This document shows, piece by piece, positions 1-14,300 of a stretch of 64,000 nt of DNA (the first letter of the stretch is position 1; each line of letters begins with the position of its first letter). The translations under genes were made by a program, and so were the position numbers. The notes below the pieces were generated by a model. It was given only the letters and a program-made list of their open reading frames with translations, was not told the DNA's origin and did not search any database. The DNA is from Haliotis rubra (Eukaryota): NCBI RefSeq assembly GCF_003918875.1, contig NW_025766975.1:1058684-1122683 (forward strand), in the 5' to 3' direction.

Positions 1-618
1 GTATAAATATTCTACTTCCCTTCCCACGTATTTCCTAATCATATTATTATGTATCAGTCCATTAAACGAAGAGTGATTACAGTAGTATTCTGTACCTATA
101 GAGCTACACCAAAATCGCACTCGAAACAATTGCTTGCGATGATAATTCTTACAAATGCGTGACCACAATCCTTTTACATAAACGTGATACAGATTCTGTC
201 ATCTATTAATCTGTTAATTCCGGCTATTTTTGAGGTTATAACTCATCGTTCTATTGTTTAATCAGGGAGGGAAATAGTTGTCGATGTTCAAACGTCCGTA
301 AAATCTAACCTTGCGATACAGTTATGCTTCGCATGTTGTGTTAGGCACTTTAAGAAGAGCTCAAAGGGTCCAATACAGAGGCTATACTTGTTGTAAGTGT
401 TGCAGCAATTCGTGAGAGCTTCCCACAATAATACAGCATCGTATACCTGACTGTATATACGGCTATACATCTCAGTGCGTGAACACTGTTTATGAAAAAA
501 GTATTGGAGAAATGTCAGTATAAAAAGTACTGAAAAGATTACACCGTGGGGAGCATTAAAGATGTATCTCAGTGTCGAGTGTTTCAGATATATGATGTGT
601 GGAGTATTGAAGACAGTA

Positions 619-812
619 GTGAGTGAATTTAGTTTTACGCCGCGCTCAGCAATATTCCAGCTATATGGCGGCGGTCTGTAAATAATCGAGTCTGGACCAG
701 ACAATCCAGTGATCAACAGCATGAGCATCGATTTGCGTAATTGGGAACCGATGACATGTTTCAACCAAGTCAGCGAGCCTGACCACCCGATCCCGTTAGT
801 CGCCTCTTACGG
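619..812 (-). mobile_element. SINE family B (GAGT/ACTC-tailed), head-truncated copy
   Basis: On the + strand reads gagtgaatttagttttacgccgcgctcagcaatattccagctatatggcggcggtctgtaaataatcgagtctggaccagacaatccagtgatcaac..., the same consensus as >12 other copies. Ends at ...gtcgcctcttacgg without the head portion. Confidence 0.8.
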
Positions 813-962
813 AGTATTGAGGAAATATCACTGTACTGAATGTAAGTCACTATGTTTAGTATGAAACAAATATCACTCTGTAGTACTGAACACGTATTAC
901 TGTGTGGGGTATTGAACACAAATCACTGTGACTTATTGGACATATTCTGTGGAGTATTGAGG

Positions 963-1127
963 AATGAGTGATTATGGTTTTACGCTGATTTTACCAATAT
1001 TCCAGCATTATCACGGCGGAGGACACCGGAAATGGTCTTCACACATTTTACCCATGTGGGGAATCGAACCGGGTCTTCAGCGTGCCACGCGGACACTTTA
1101 ACCACTAGGCTAACCCTACCGCCTCGG
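963..1127 (-). mobile_element. SINE family A (tRNA-derived head, shared 3' tail module)
   Basis: Minus strand reads a tRNA-like head GCCTAGTGGTTAAAGTGTCCGCG...CCCGGTTCGATTCCCCACATGGG (A/B-box-like) followed by the tail ...GGAATATTGGTAAAATCAGCGTAAAACCATAATCACTC. Near-identical copies at 29955-30127 and 38505-38673. Confidence 0.75.
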
Positions 1128-1295
1128 CGTACAGAAGAATTATGACTGTCCCGATTATAAAGATACATTGTGGTGTGGAACATTAAAACATCACACTGTT
1201 TAGAATTTAAGGAATGCCACTGACTTAACAACTGAAAAAATAGTATGTCTTTCAGCGGCTTTGAGAAGTTGTTATAGATGACCAAGATTTTTTAA

Positions 1296-1674
1296 GGATT
1301 TAAGCTTCTTTATTCTTTCCCACGCAACGTTTCGGGATCATTACAGATCCCTTCATCAGGTGAGTGAGTGAGTTTAGTTTTACGCCGCACTCAGCAATAT
1401 TCCAGCTATATGGCGGCGGTCTGTAAATAATCGAGTCTGGACCAGACAATCCAGTGATCAACTGCATGAGCATCGATCTGCGCAATTGGGAACCGATGAC
1501 ATGTGTCAACCAAGCCAGCGAGCCTGACCACCCGATCACGTTAGTCGCCTCTTACGACAAGCATGGGTTACTTAAGATCAATTCCAACTCGGATCTTCAC
1601 GGATCCTATGATGATGAAGGGATCTGTAATGATCCCGAAACGTTGTGTGGGAAAGAATAAAGACACTTAAATCC
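1296..1674. repeat. ~66-70 bp inverted repeat pair (1296-1361 / 1605-1674) flanking a SINE insertion
   Basis: Left arm ggatttaagcttctttattctttcccacgcaacgtttcgggatcattacagatcccttcatcagg. The reverse complement of the right arm is ggatttaagtgtctttattctttcccacacaacgtttcgggatcattacagatcccttcatcatcatagg, about 95% identical. Confidence 0.8.
1360..1606 (-). mobile_element. SINE family B, near full-length copy
   Basis: Runs from the (GAGT)n tail through ...gtcgcctcttacgacaagcatgggttacttaagatcaattccaactcggatcttcacggatcc. It lies exactly between the two arms of the 1296-1674 inverted repeat. Confidence 0.85.
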
Positions 1675-2767
1675 ATAATATATCTTGGTGATGAAATATT
1701 GTATAGAGTATCGAAGATATATTTCTGTAAAGGAACACGTTATATGGATTGACAACTTCTTTACTGCAATGTATGTAGATGTACACTTGCTTGATAACGG
1801 TGGTAGCATCTTCACCGAAACTTTGCATCCATTACAATAAAGAAGCTGCCAATCCATAAAACGTGTTCTTTTTCATCATACCAGTTTCTGAATACCACTC
1901 AAAGGAGGTGTGTTTCTGTGCAGAGTGTGGAGTATTGGAGAAGTATCACTTTTCCATCCACTCGGTGTTTACATGTGAAACGTTCCCTGTAACACAACAT
2001 GAAGTAATGACATGTTTTAGGTGTGAGCAAGCTGTGTTTCACACAACATTAAGTAAGTTTACATCCGTATCAGGTCGGCCATACAGCAAAGCCATCACAA
2101 CCCAGCATTTGATCCAAATGTCATATTGCTTCACCCATTCCTCGATCTATACTTTTATAAGACTCATTAGCAAGGATTTGTGCTTGTAAATCACCACCCA
2201 AATCCTTATGGACAAGTTCTCTCTATAGGGCAATATGCCACCATGAGATCGCATCATAGATGAATTGTATTGTCTCGTATGCCTCGCTATGGTCTTTACG
2301 GTCAATCCTCGACTGACCACAAGCCACTAACTGCCCTTTGCACGTAAGCCGAGACCCAGACAAGACCAAGAACAAGACTGATTAATCTTCTCCTGATGTG
2401 ACCACGATCCCAGAGTATAGCATTGGTCTCCTTTGTCACACTAACACGTATTTAGCATCCCAATGTGAATCAGATTTGATGGAGCGGGTGATTACAACGC
2501 CATCTTTCTGCTAGAACATTCTTGTAACACAGACATTGAGTTGGAACCCCTTATCGTTTTGTATTAATAGTCAGTCCCATGATTTTATTGTCTTTCCTTC
2601 TGACTAGCATGGGTGGTATTATCTCAGGTTAGCGGGCAGGTCAAATTGAATTTCACCTTTGCAAGGAATTCATGGACCTTGTTTAATCAAATTACCTGGT
2701 CAGCGGACCCTGATTATTTGAACAGGCGTCTTTTATTGATACATTTAATATTTTGTTCTTGAGAATG

Positions 2768-3053
2768 TAGATTGTTTGTTGTTTAACGTCGCACTCAGGA
2801 ATGTTCCTGCTATATGACGTTGGTCTGTAAATAATCGGGTTTGGACCAGACAATCCAGTGATTGACATCTTGAGCATCGATCAACGCAGTTGGGATACGA
2901 TGATATGTGTGAACCAATCCAGCGAGCCTGAGCATCCTATCCCATTTGTCGACTCTAACGAAAAGCATGGGTTGAGGAAGACCAGTTCTGATACTGATCT
3001 TCACGGGTCCATAAACAAATGCTTGTGCTGAGGTCGGAGTCATACAATGGACT
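2768..3053 (-). mobile_element. SINE family B (older, diverged copy inside macro-repeat unit A)
   Basis: Diverged version of the B consensus. It includes the extended head ...cacgggtccataaacaaatgcttgtgctgaggtcggagtcatacaatggactc, which is also seen at 46771-46830. The orthologous copy in unit B lies at 10448-10728. Confidence 0.75.
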
Positions 3054-4698
3054 CAGAATATTTTGATTTCGGAAATGGTTTCGTCGCTATGTTTACATAT
3101 ATACTATGAGGATTGTTTCTTCAGTTACAATAAATTTCCTTGGACTGGTATTTCTGACCTGGTTAATTGTAACCCGGATATTCAGGGGTCTCTTTTGATT
3201 ATTGGCATGGTATGTGTCGTGAGACAATGATCGACGCATTTCTCTGACGTATTTGTCAGCGTGTTTTAGGGTTTAAATCTTAAAGAATGGGTCGAGCGCA
3301 CCGTAATGATACTGTAACAGCAGTAACTGATTACTCAGTGTTGATATGGAGGTTAGACAGGTTCTTAAGAAGAGATGGCACTATGTAAAAATATCGCATT
3401 TGAACTTTCAAGAGAACAGTTTACTTGCATCTGCAATAAACCATTTTGTACCCACATTCACTGTTACGTGTCATGTATTGCACATGGGTTAAACGACTGG
3501 TTGCGTTCAGGTGTGTGTTTGGTGTTTTTCCCCGCCATCTGCAATCTTGCACTTTTCAATGTATTTAATGGCTGTCGTTTTTATCAGTTTCGTAAAAGCA
3601 CCCAATCGGTGTTACATAGGCATAAGTCACGTATTCTTCAGCTGACAATCACATTGCCACTGCACTCAAGCCTATTGGCGCTCGTTCCTATGTTCATAAT
3701 TGACACCTTCCAAAAGATACTTCAATATTGATGCTGAAACCAGTGTGTGTGTCGGTCAGAAGACGATGGATCGAAAATTGGTTTATGCTATAGTCATCAA
3801 TATGTAAGCTAAACATATTTGTCATGTAATAACCGTTTGAACAATATGTTACTTTTGAATCATTTTCAGTGATTCGGAATGATAATTAGCCACGAGAAGA
3901 AGCATTTTGATTTATTGATTTACAAAATGTGTTTGTATGTTCACAAAATAGCTTTCGTTGCTTAAGTTTTAAAGACTGAATGTTCGCAATGGAATGATTT
4001 AGCTACTTGTTATAAACACAGAGAAGTGCTTATGTTAACATTTCTTTTGCTATATTGACATTATTACCAACAGCAAATGAGTATTTTTTCAAATTCATTC
4101 TGTAGTCAGTAGAGACATTTGACTGTGGCCAGTAAACCATGGATGTCGGACCAGCCAATCCAGTGACTAATAATATGAGCAATGATAAAATCAGCACAGT
4201 TGGCACTCAACACAGTCTCCGATCTATTAAGAAGCCTCTTTGGACCAACTTATACTCCTACCACGATGGAAGGTTTAAAGGTTACAATAAGAGTCGATTA
4301 TACAGTTGTGACTGTATCATGATTATGTACTTGTTTCAGCAGTATTACTGAAGTGCGATGTTGTTGTTTGTAAACAATCGAGTCTGGACCAGACAATCCA
4401 ATGATTGTCATCATGCATACGATGACAGAGCATGGATCACTATGAAATAGTGATGATACCAGGTGTTCGCGAAAAGGTGAGCGTATCCTGCCCCGCCGGT
4501 GGCACCCGTCACAAGTATATGGTATGTCTAGTCCATTGTTCACCTAAAATAATTCGGGAAGTAATTATAAAACAAGGATGAAATCTCAAACGCAGGCACA
4601 GTTCCGTTCAGTTGTTGTAAGGACAATTATCAGCTTTTGCCATCAATGTAATTACTTATGTTTTATTTTTATTGCTTTCTAATGTGTCACGAAAGATG

Positions 4699-4800
4699 AA
4701 TGCGTTCGCCCGTCACTTCGGAGGCCTGGGTACAACGTCTGAAGCCGAATTGTGATCCAGTTTAATGTTACTAAAAGGTCGTTAAACCATACTCATTCCT
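4699..4800 (+). mobile_element. SINE family A, 5'-truncated copy (ancestral to macro-repeat)
   Basis: gaatgcgttcgcccgtcac...ggtcgttaaaccatactcattcct. Positional orthologues lie at 11171-11312 and 17355-17486. Confidence 0.65.
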
Positions 4801-7800
4801 GTATGAAATACATTCATCATTGTCATATGTCTATGTTCGATGCTTGGAAAATAATGACATCAAGACATGAGTATATGTGGTAGGAATATACTCATCTGGA
4901 CTGGACTGTGTCCACCATGTAATTACTATAGTGGTCATAGTTACACGTTAACAATACACACGATCTAGACCCCCGCTGATTCATATTATAGTCTGTCTAT
5001 CTAATAATACTTGCTATCTGTGTCGCGAGGCATAATTTCCGCCAGACAAGATGTATATTTATGGTCTATGATTTACAATGCTGAACGCAAATTCTGTAGC
5101 AATGAACCCTTTGTCAATACTGAACACGATAAGCGTATATTTGAATAGTGGTCGAGTGGTCAGTGTGTTTATACAACTGTCCAGACATATAATCATACAT
5201 CATAGGGTTGGTGGCTGAGATACATCAATGTCCATTATTTGACCTTTGAAGAAGATGCATAGACAACTACATTTTGATTATAACGAGAATTTTGGTCTAA
5301 AATATGCATTCTCTATGTTTAGGAGTAGACTAACAATGTAACAAGTAATAATTAAGACGTACTTCCCCCCTTTACTGACATTATATCAATAACATTGGCT
5401 GCTGTATGTATAATTCATTGGGTTGTGTGGCAGTAATTGTCTGGACTGTTAGAAATGTGTTGTTTATGAAACAGCAATGCAGGGTATTTCTAACATGAAG
5501 TATTGACAGGAAAAGGACCTCTTCTCCACATTGACTATAACAATCTTAACACCATTGGGTGAAAATGCGAATTCTTTCATCGATGCCTCATGATACTTCT
5601 TGAGTCAGTGAGTGGTAGTGTAAATGGGTGTGTTTGTTGGACGGCAGTCTGGTGAGTGAGTATTTGCTTAAACATTATGTCTCCCGAGAGGAGCAGAGAT
5701 TCTACTGTTTGGAAGGTAAAAGATACACTTTAAACGTTAATGATAGAGGATCCCCAGTCTCTCTGATACTATGAAACAGATTCCATTCGGCTGTAAAGGA
5801 CTACAACACATATTCTTACCGACGCCGTATCTTGCCACACCTGCTGGAATTGGTTTTTAGATGATTTGTATTTTCAGCCTGGTATTGTGAAATGGGACGT
5901 AAACGTGTCTCCAGATCATCAGTATTTCATGCATTTACGCTCACACTTTGACCATTCCAGAAAGCAGGTGTAAACCAAATTTCTGGTGTCCGTCGACGTG
6001 ATATTTGTGGAATAGAATGAAAGCGGCATAAAACCATATTCACTCATTCTTCAAACAGTAGTGAATACCAGCAACTAACGCCAATCAACTAATGGATGTT
6101 CGCTAAGTAAACATAGTTCTCTCACACTACTTCCATTCAGACATGTCCAACAACAACAATGTGTTATTAAATGGTTTTTTACACCCAGACCCTGACAAAT
6201 TTCCAAATGCATCTAGTGTTTATGTCTGAGTGATCAAAGGAGAATATTCCCGTAAACCAATGTGCTAGTCTAAATGTCAAAGATTTCCGCTACTACTGAG
6301 ATTTGCGGTCACAAGTATGTGTATATTTTGTCATCAGTGTAAATCTAACGTATTTAAAAGAATCGCTTGGCTTTGGAATATTGGGGTCATATGAACAGAG
6401 TTATTTATGGAGATAGTTTGGCGTTTTTGCAGCACCATATAAATCAGGATAAGTTCAGAATCCAATCAATAAATCTGGCATCACTGGTTTTTGACAATAC
6501 TAAGTCTATAATCGCCCAGTAAATAACACGTCAAGCCGACACAACTGGAACAAATACATACAAGCTGTCAAAATTGATTGATGAATTGCCATTTGAAGTA
6601 AGTCTCGAAGAAGACACGATGATCCTTGTCCCTTTACAGAAGGATTTAAAGTTATTTATTGTGTAATTAGAAGTAGGAATAAAGTTTGATAATATTTGAA
6701 AAGGTTCATTGTTGGTGTATTTTGAAATATCTTCAGTTGACTTTGAAATCGTTAAAAGTTTGAAAATTGAACATGGTTGGAGAGAAATCCCGCCACTTTA
6801 ACACAAACAAAGGTCTGTGTATGTACATTCTCGAATTCCAAAGTTATAGTGACATGGAATTTCTTCATTGGTATTTCCTGTGAATAAATGTTTGGATTTG
6901 AACCCGGGAAAGAGTGTGTTAAATGGTTGATGAAACGCCACCAAGCAGTGGTTCTAATTGCACGACATTTGGAAGAGGCAGGACAAAAGCCGAGAAAAAT
7001 GGCCAGCAATGTTCATTTAAGAAGGACAGAAATCAAAGAGCGTAAAAGTTCCACTCAATGTTCTCTTAAGAAGTGAGAAAAACCCCTCTCTTCATCTTCT
7101 GTAACACATTCGACATGCCATGAGGAAAATGATACTTGGAGAGCTCTAAGTATGCCTCAGCTTGGTGCCTCGTAACATGACGTTGGTCGTCGATGCCCAT
7201 GGAAGCCCCATTTGGCGTTAATGGCTACATTTTCAGCAAAATATTCAAGTTACATACAGTCATTTTACATACACAAAGGCTCATGAAAGCCGGAATAGTA
7301 CCAGATTTTCTTATGGCTACGGAAATGGTCTTGCCGTTGTTATTTGCAGAACCGCATGTACTTTCATTCATAATAGATTGAAATGATTCAGTCGCCCACC
7401 AAGTTAAATTTGCACAAGCTAAATCCAGTATTGTAATCGATTGTGGAAACCTATCCACCAAAAGCGATGCAGTTATTATTTCTGTGTACGGAGAGTGGAA
7501 TGGATGGCCACTCGTGAAGAACAGATGACGACACTGGTAATTACATTGTACACTAAGGAGACCATAAAGACAGGGCCACCTGATAAAGCTTGATCACATC
7601 TTCTAATATTCACGCCTTGGCTTCTTTGATGAGTGTTGCTTTAAAGGTTAATGTGACTGTGTTGAAACTCGATGCGTTCTGTAATGCAATGTATGATGTA
7701 GACAGAAGATCTCAAGTGTGAATGAAAAGACAAGAAAAACATCAAAATAGAAAGCATGTAATCTATACGACACGTATTATACAGAGATAGTACATAGGCA

Positions 7801-9345
7801 TAAAAAAACATGCATCTGTGTCTTTGCCCAGGATGGTGCTTTGAATAGATCACTTTTTCGCATCTCGTGATCTCAAAACTGGTATGATCATTATTTCATG
7901 ATAGTAATTCATACACACATGCTAATGATATAGCCGGAATGGTACAATGGACGAGCACTCACAAGAGACATCCTACCAACATGGGAAGTTATTTATATAA
8001 ATGGCCAGGAAAATGAAATATACAGCCATGTTTGAGGGTTTGTAAACATTGAGCTATTAAAGTTGTTTTTCGATAGTGATGTATTTGATGAAAGTATCTA
8101 AGTTGTGTTTTACACCTTAAGTTTGCATTTTGATGCTTTCTGTTGCAAAGTAAGATCAAATACCTGTAACTTCTAAATTTATGCATTAATATCTCTTTGG
8201 GTAATCAGAATGATAATGCTAAGCTTAATGCAAGTTTATTTGATTATTTCGCGAGACATTCTGTGGATAACACACAAACAACGTCGCCATATAAGACATA
8301 AAAGGGAGTCAACAAGAAATTTGGAATGCAAGAGCTGTTCAATTGACAGATTGTCAATTTGTGATAATTTCAAATTCCATTTCCATTATTCCTTTTTCAG
8401 GAGTGCATAAACCGTCTTGACAAACATATATTATACTCCATCAAAGAGGCGAGATTATAATACACTGACGTTTGTAGACAAGTCACAAAACATATGTTTT
8501 GTTTTTTTTCACTTTATTTCTTTCTTACGCATTGGTACAGTTTTATCATTCATACACAACATTATTTCAAATACACAGCACAATAAGTAACAAGCATAAG
8601 TGAGATCGAGTAGGTTATGTAAATAAGTTGTTAGGTTATGTAATAAGTAAACATATGTAATATTTAACTGATATTTGACATATGGTGCAATCGTATCAGT
8701 TCACATGGACAACATTTATACAACTTTCGCGCGGAAAATGTCTGTAAGATTGCATTATGTAGTATTCTCAATTCACAGTACATTATGCTAGCTTCTTTGA
8801 AGTTCATGATGTGACAAGCGCCAGGGTAATCTTCCCAATGCGAATGGTACCAATAATTGTACCAAAGATAACTTAAATACATGCTTGGAAATATCCGCAA
8901 AGAACAACTAATACTGGATAAATGACACTTTTTGACACACGAGGACTGCTAATAAATCCGCCCATCAACCAAGGAAAGACCATTAAGAGGAAACATATCA
9001 AGTGTACAATGAAATACCACAGGTACAAATATATATCAACACTGAAAAGGTTAACAGTCGCCAGTCATAATATAATACAATTGCAAATATCCATTATGAA
9101 AGGTAATGATTTTGAAAGTTTAAGGTATAATGTAACCAATATCTCTTGGATACAGGTTTTAATCAAAACGATAAAGATATTTACTCTTATATCTTTGTCA
9201 TATGAACGTCCAGACCAAATGGATGAAACAGATTCATAGAAACTTCCAGTGGGTTTTTAATGTATAAAGTATGTTTTAGCTATGGGATTCTAGCAATGTC
9301 TATTTACTAATAATGTGCAGAGAAGAGTTAGTGAATGTGTTCAGG

Positions 9346-9492
9346 TTTATGCCGCATTTAGCAATATTATTGCAATATGAAAGTAGGGGAGACCAGAAAT
9401 GGGCTTCATATATCTTAAAAATGACAGGAATCTAATCCGGGTCGTAGGCATGACGTGAAAACGCTTTAAATACTAGGCCACCCCACTGCCCG
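9346..9492 (-). mobile_element. SINE family A copy (present only in unit A)
   Basis: gtttatgccgcatttagcaatattattgcaatatg...ggcatgacgtgaaaacgctttaaatactaggccaccccactgcccg. Unit B diverges from unit A at this exact point (16500 vs 9350). Confidence 0.7.
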
Positions 9493-10447
9493 AATATTGT
9501 AAAGAGAAGAGAAGTGTGTGGACAGTGATTATGACGCTGTTGCTATGGTCATACAGACAGGATAGCCTTTCTGGTAACATTCCTATATTCGTTGGTTTAC
9601 GTCGATGAGTGTTTTGAAAGGTTAATGCTGTCTCTGTTGGTTCTTTAATGAAGTATATGTGGTATAGGTTCTAGGTATCAACGACGAGACAACCAAGGCT
9701 ACCATGACAAGTGTTATTGTTTCGGGACTGTGTGTCTTGTTGAAAGTCTCAATATCAGAACCCAGCGTTCTTTGATCCACATTTCATTTGGGCTTCACCC
9801 ATATATCGACCTACGTTTATCATATATTCATTTGCTAAGATCGACTATGATAAATCACCACACAAATCCTTATGGACAAACTCTTTCTAAAGGGCAACAT
9901 GTCATAATAGCATCGCATCATAGATGAAATGTATTGTCTCGTATGCGTCGCTATGGTCTTTACGGTCAATCCTCGACTGACCACAAGCCACTAACTGCCC
10001 TTTTGCACTTTAGCGGAAACCCAGACAAGACCAAGAACAAGACTGATTAATCTTCTCCTGATGTGACCACGATCCCAGAGTATAGCATTGGTCTCCTTTG
10101 TCACACTAACACGTATTTAGCATCTCCATGTAAATTAGAGTTGATGGAGCGGATGATTACAACGCCATCTTTCTGCTGGAACATTTTTGTAACACAGACA
10201 TTGAGTTGAAAGCCCTCATCGTTTTTGTATTAATAGTCAGTCCCATGATTTTATTGTCTTTCCTTCTGACTAGCGTGGAAGGTATTATTTCACGTTAGCT
10301 GTAGTGTAGCAGTTCAAGTTGAATTTCACCTTCACAAGGAACTTACGGACTTTGTTTAATGAAATTACTTGGTCAGCGGACCCTGATGATTTTTACAGGT
10401 TGCTTTCATTGATAAGTTAACACTTCGTTCTTGTGAATATAGTTTGT

Positions 10448-10728
10448 TTGTTTGTTGTTTAACTCCGCACTCAGGAATGTTCCAGCTATATGACGGGTGG
10501 TCTGTAAATAATCAGGTTTGGACCAGACACTCCAGTGATTGGCATCTTCACCATCGCTCTACGCAATTGAGATACGATGATATGAGTGAACGAAGTCATC
10601 GCTGCTGACCATCCGAACCCGCTAGTTGCCTCTTACGACAAGCATGGGTTGATGAAGACGAATTCTAACACGGATCTTCACGGGTCCATAAACAAATGCT
10701 TGTGATGAGGTCGGTGTCACACAATAGA
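10448..10728 (-). mobile_element. SINE family B (orthologue of the 2768-3053 copy)
   Basis: Same sequence and flanks as the unit-A copy, so the insertion predates the array amplification. Confidence 0.75.
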
Positions 10729-11170
10729 CTTATTTTGATTACGGAAATGATTTCGTCGCTATATTTACATCGATTTGAGGATTCAAGGAGGAGACGTGTG
10801 TTGGCGTGTATGGATGCACTCGTGAGTTACACTCGCTATTGATGATTTGACTACTGTCTCATTATAACACGTTTTGAATGAAATCTGAAAGAAAGATTTG
10901 TGTATTTTTTAATTTTGACCCCTTTGACTCTTTCTTAATGACTTGCGGCAAATACAAGCTCAAATTATTAGAAAATGATATATGTGTTTGTAAAATAATC
11001 ATCATAAATCTCACATACGTCTTTGTTTCTATTTTCTGGTCAAGTTAGATCAGTGAGAACTTTCATTTGTCCGGTAGTTCAGTTCCACTCAGTTGTTTTT
11101 TGGACAAACAATTAACAGCTTTTAAGGTCAACGTCATTTGTTTTAGACTCCTTTCTAATCTGTCACGGAA

Positions 11171-11312
11171 GGTTGGATAGCTCAGTGGTTAAAGCGTTCG
11201 CTTGTCACGTCGTTGGCTCGGGTTCGATTCTGCACATAGGTAGCCGATTTGAAGCCGATGTTTTGGTCCAGTGTAATATTGATAAAACCGGCGTTAAACT
11301 ATACTCACTCAT
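11171..11312 (+). mobile_element. SINE family A, tRNA-like head plus tail
   Basis: ggttggatagctcagtggttaaagcgttcgcttgtcacgtcgttggctcgggttcgattctgcacatagg...gtaatattgataaaaccggcgttaaactatactcactcat. Confidence 0.75.
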
Positions 11313-14300
11313 GTACGAAGTTCATCTATCATCCCCACATTTCGATGCTTGGAAAATAATGACATCATGACATGAGTGTAGATATGCATGAAGTATAGTC
11401 ATCTCGACTGGATGCAATTACTATACAAGAGGTCGTAGTTACATGTCAGCAATCCAGACGATCAAGAACCCGCTAATTCATTTGATGTCGTGTCTATCTA
11501 ATAATACTTGCTATCTTTGTCGCGAGGCAAAATTTCCGCCAGACAAGATGTATTATATATGGTGTAGGATTGACATATGCTCAACACAACTAATGTTACA
11601 ATGAACCCTTTGTCAATACGGAACACGATAAGTGTATATTTGAATAGTGGTCGAGTGGTCAGTGTGTTTATACAACTGTCCAGACATATAATCATACATC
11701 ATAGGGATGGTCGCTGATATACACCAATGTCCATTACTTGACCTTTAAAGAAGATGCATAGACAGCCACACTTTGATTATATGAAGAATCGTAGTCTAAA
11801 ATATGCATTCTCTATGTTTAGGAGTAGACTAACAATGTAACAAGTAATAATGGAGACGTACTTTCCCCCTTTACTGACACTATATCAATAACATTGGTTG
11901 CTGTATGTATAATTTATTGGGTTGTGTGGCAGTACTTGCTTGGACTGTTAGAAATGTGTTGTTTATGAAACAGCAATCTAGGGTATTTCTAACATGAAGT
12001 ATTGACAGGTCCACATTTACTATAACAGTCTTAGCATCATTGGGTGAAAATTCTTTCACCGATGCCTCCTCATACTTCTTGAGTGAGTAAGTGAGTGCGT
12101 GAATAAGTGAGTGAGTGAGTTAATATTTAACGTCACATCGGCCATATCTCAGCCATATCGTGACAAGAACATATTTGACATTGAAATGGAATATATGTAT
12201 ACGATAAAAACCTGTCTACGAAGGACAGTAAAACAACTAGAATATCACAATTACAACTAACACTAGTGTGGAAAGTTAAAACTAATAGCACTATTTGGAC
12301 AATACAATATAAAATCTGGCTATAGATCGCTAACAACTGAAGGTAGATCACCAAATTAGGGACCATGACTTACATTACTTTTGCTACCTGCATGGACCCT
12401 AGCTGGATTTATGTCATCCCTTCAGCCGCTGGCCATTGAATAAGTGAGAGAGTGATAGTGTGAGTGGGTGAGTGAGTGTGTTCCACGGACGGTAGTTCGG
12501 CGAGTGAGTGTGTCATTGCGTCAGTGTTAAATATAGTTTTACGTCACGCAATATTCTCGCAACATCACGGACAGTGACACCCGTCTGCACACATTATGTG
12601 TAGCAAACGAAACTGGACCTTCATTGTGAGAGATCTTCTTGAATCTCATCTCAATATAACGATTTTCCAAAGTTGAAAGATTTGGAGCAGTCAATCTTTT
12701 CGATGTACATTTTTCCAATACACATCTAAAATGATAATTAAAATTTAGGACTGCCTAACTTTCCGACTGGTCGTTGGAATGATGCACGAAAAGAGCAAAC
12801 ATTGCACTATGTCATTATTGTATCCTAAATAGTGAAGGAAGTGTTTTATGCCTAACGCTGCACTCCTGACATACTACTGTGATCATTAAAGTGATAGGTG
12901 ACCAGACCATCCATCGAAACGACAGTGTTTATCAATTTTGTTGAAACCACAATTTAAAGTATTTTTAAAAATCAATTACGTCTCATGAGAAGAGAAGAGA
13001 AGAGATTCTATTGCTTGGAAGGTTAAAGATACACTTTACATGTCAATGATAGAGGATCCTCAGTCTCTCTAATACTTTGAAACAGATTCCATTCGGCTGT
13101 AAAGGACTACAACACATATTCTACCGGCGCCGTATCTTGCCACCCCTGCTGGAATTGGTTTTTAGATGATTTGTATGTTCAGCCTGGTATTGTGAAATGG
13201 GACGTAAACGTGTCTCCAGATCATCAGTATTTCAGTACATTTACGCTCACACTTTGACCATTCCAGACAGCAGGTGTAAACCAGATTTCTGGTGTCCGTC
13301 GACGTGATATTTGTGGAATAGAATGAAAGCGGCATAGAACCATATTCACTCATTCTTCAAACAGTAGTGAATACAACAGAGTAACGCCAATCAACTAATG
13401 GATGTTCGCTAAGTAAACATTGGTCTCTCACACTACTTTCATTCAGACATGTCCAATAAGAACAATTGTTATTAAATGAATTTTTACACTCAGACCCTGA
13501 CAAATTTCCAAATGCATCTAGTGTTTATGTCTGAGTGATCAAAGGAGAATATTCACGTTAACCAATGTGCCAGTCTAAATGTCAAAGATTTCCGATACTA
13601 CTGAGATTTGCGGTCACAAGTATATGTTATATGTTGTCATCAGTGTAAATCTAACGTATTTAAAAGAATCGCTTGGCTTTGGAATATTGGGGTCATATGA
13701 ACAGAGTTATTTATGGAGATAGTTTGGCGTTTTTGCAGCATCGTATAAATCAGGATAAGTTCAGAATCCAATCAATAAATCTGGCATCACTGGTTTCTGA
13801 CAATACTAAGTCTATAATCGCCCAGTAAATAACACGTCAAGCCGACACAACTGGAACTAATACATACAAGCTGTCAAAATTGATTGATGAATTGCCATTG
13901 GATGTACGTCTCGAAGAAAATACGATGATCCTTGTGCCTTTACAGAAGGATTTAAGTTATTTATTGTGTAAGTAGAAGTAGGAATAAAGTTTGATAATAT
14001 TTGAAAAGGTTCACTGTTGGTGTATTTTGAAATATCTTCAGTTGACTTTGAAATCGTTAAAAGTTTGAAAATTGTACTTGGTTGGTGAGAAATCCCGCCA
14101 CTTTAACACAAACAAAGGTCTGTGTATGTACATACTCGAATTCCAAAGTTATAGTGACATGGAATTTCTTCATTGGGAATTCCTGTGAATAAATGTTTGG
14201 ATTTGAACCCGGGAAAGAGTGTGTTAAATGGTTGATGAAACGCCACCAAGCAGTGGTTCTAATTGCACGACATTTGCAAGAAGAAGGACAAAAGCCGAGA

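Larger units (their letters stand above)
2085..9765. repeat. Macro tandem repeat, unit A (~7.7 kb)
   Basis: Collinear with 9766-16690 and 16691-22400 at about 95-97% identity. Shared blocks include 2200-2550 = 9860-10210; 4990-5220 = 11488-11720 = 17690-17920; 6752-9300 = 14057-16450. Confidence 0.85.

Noticed and set aside
6752-7009. Short ORFs conserved between macro-repeat units (6752-7009 vs 14057-14314, 7641-7853 vs 14943-15164, 8664-8900 vs 15802-16134) as possible genes
   Set aside because: Conservation is explained by recent duplication at about 96% nucleotide identity. Amino-acid changes are about as frequent as nucleotide changes (6 of 85 residues) and there are no domain signatures, so there is no evidence of selection.
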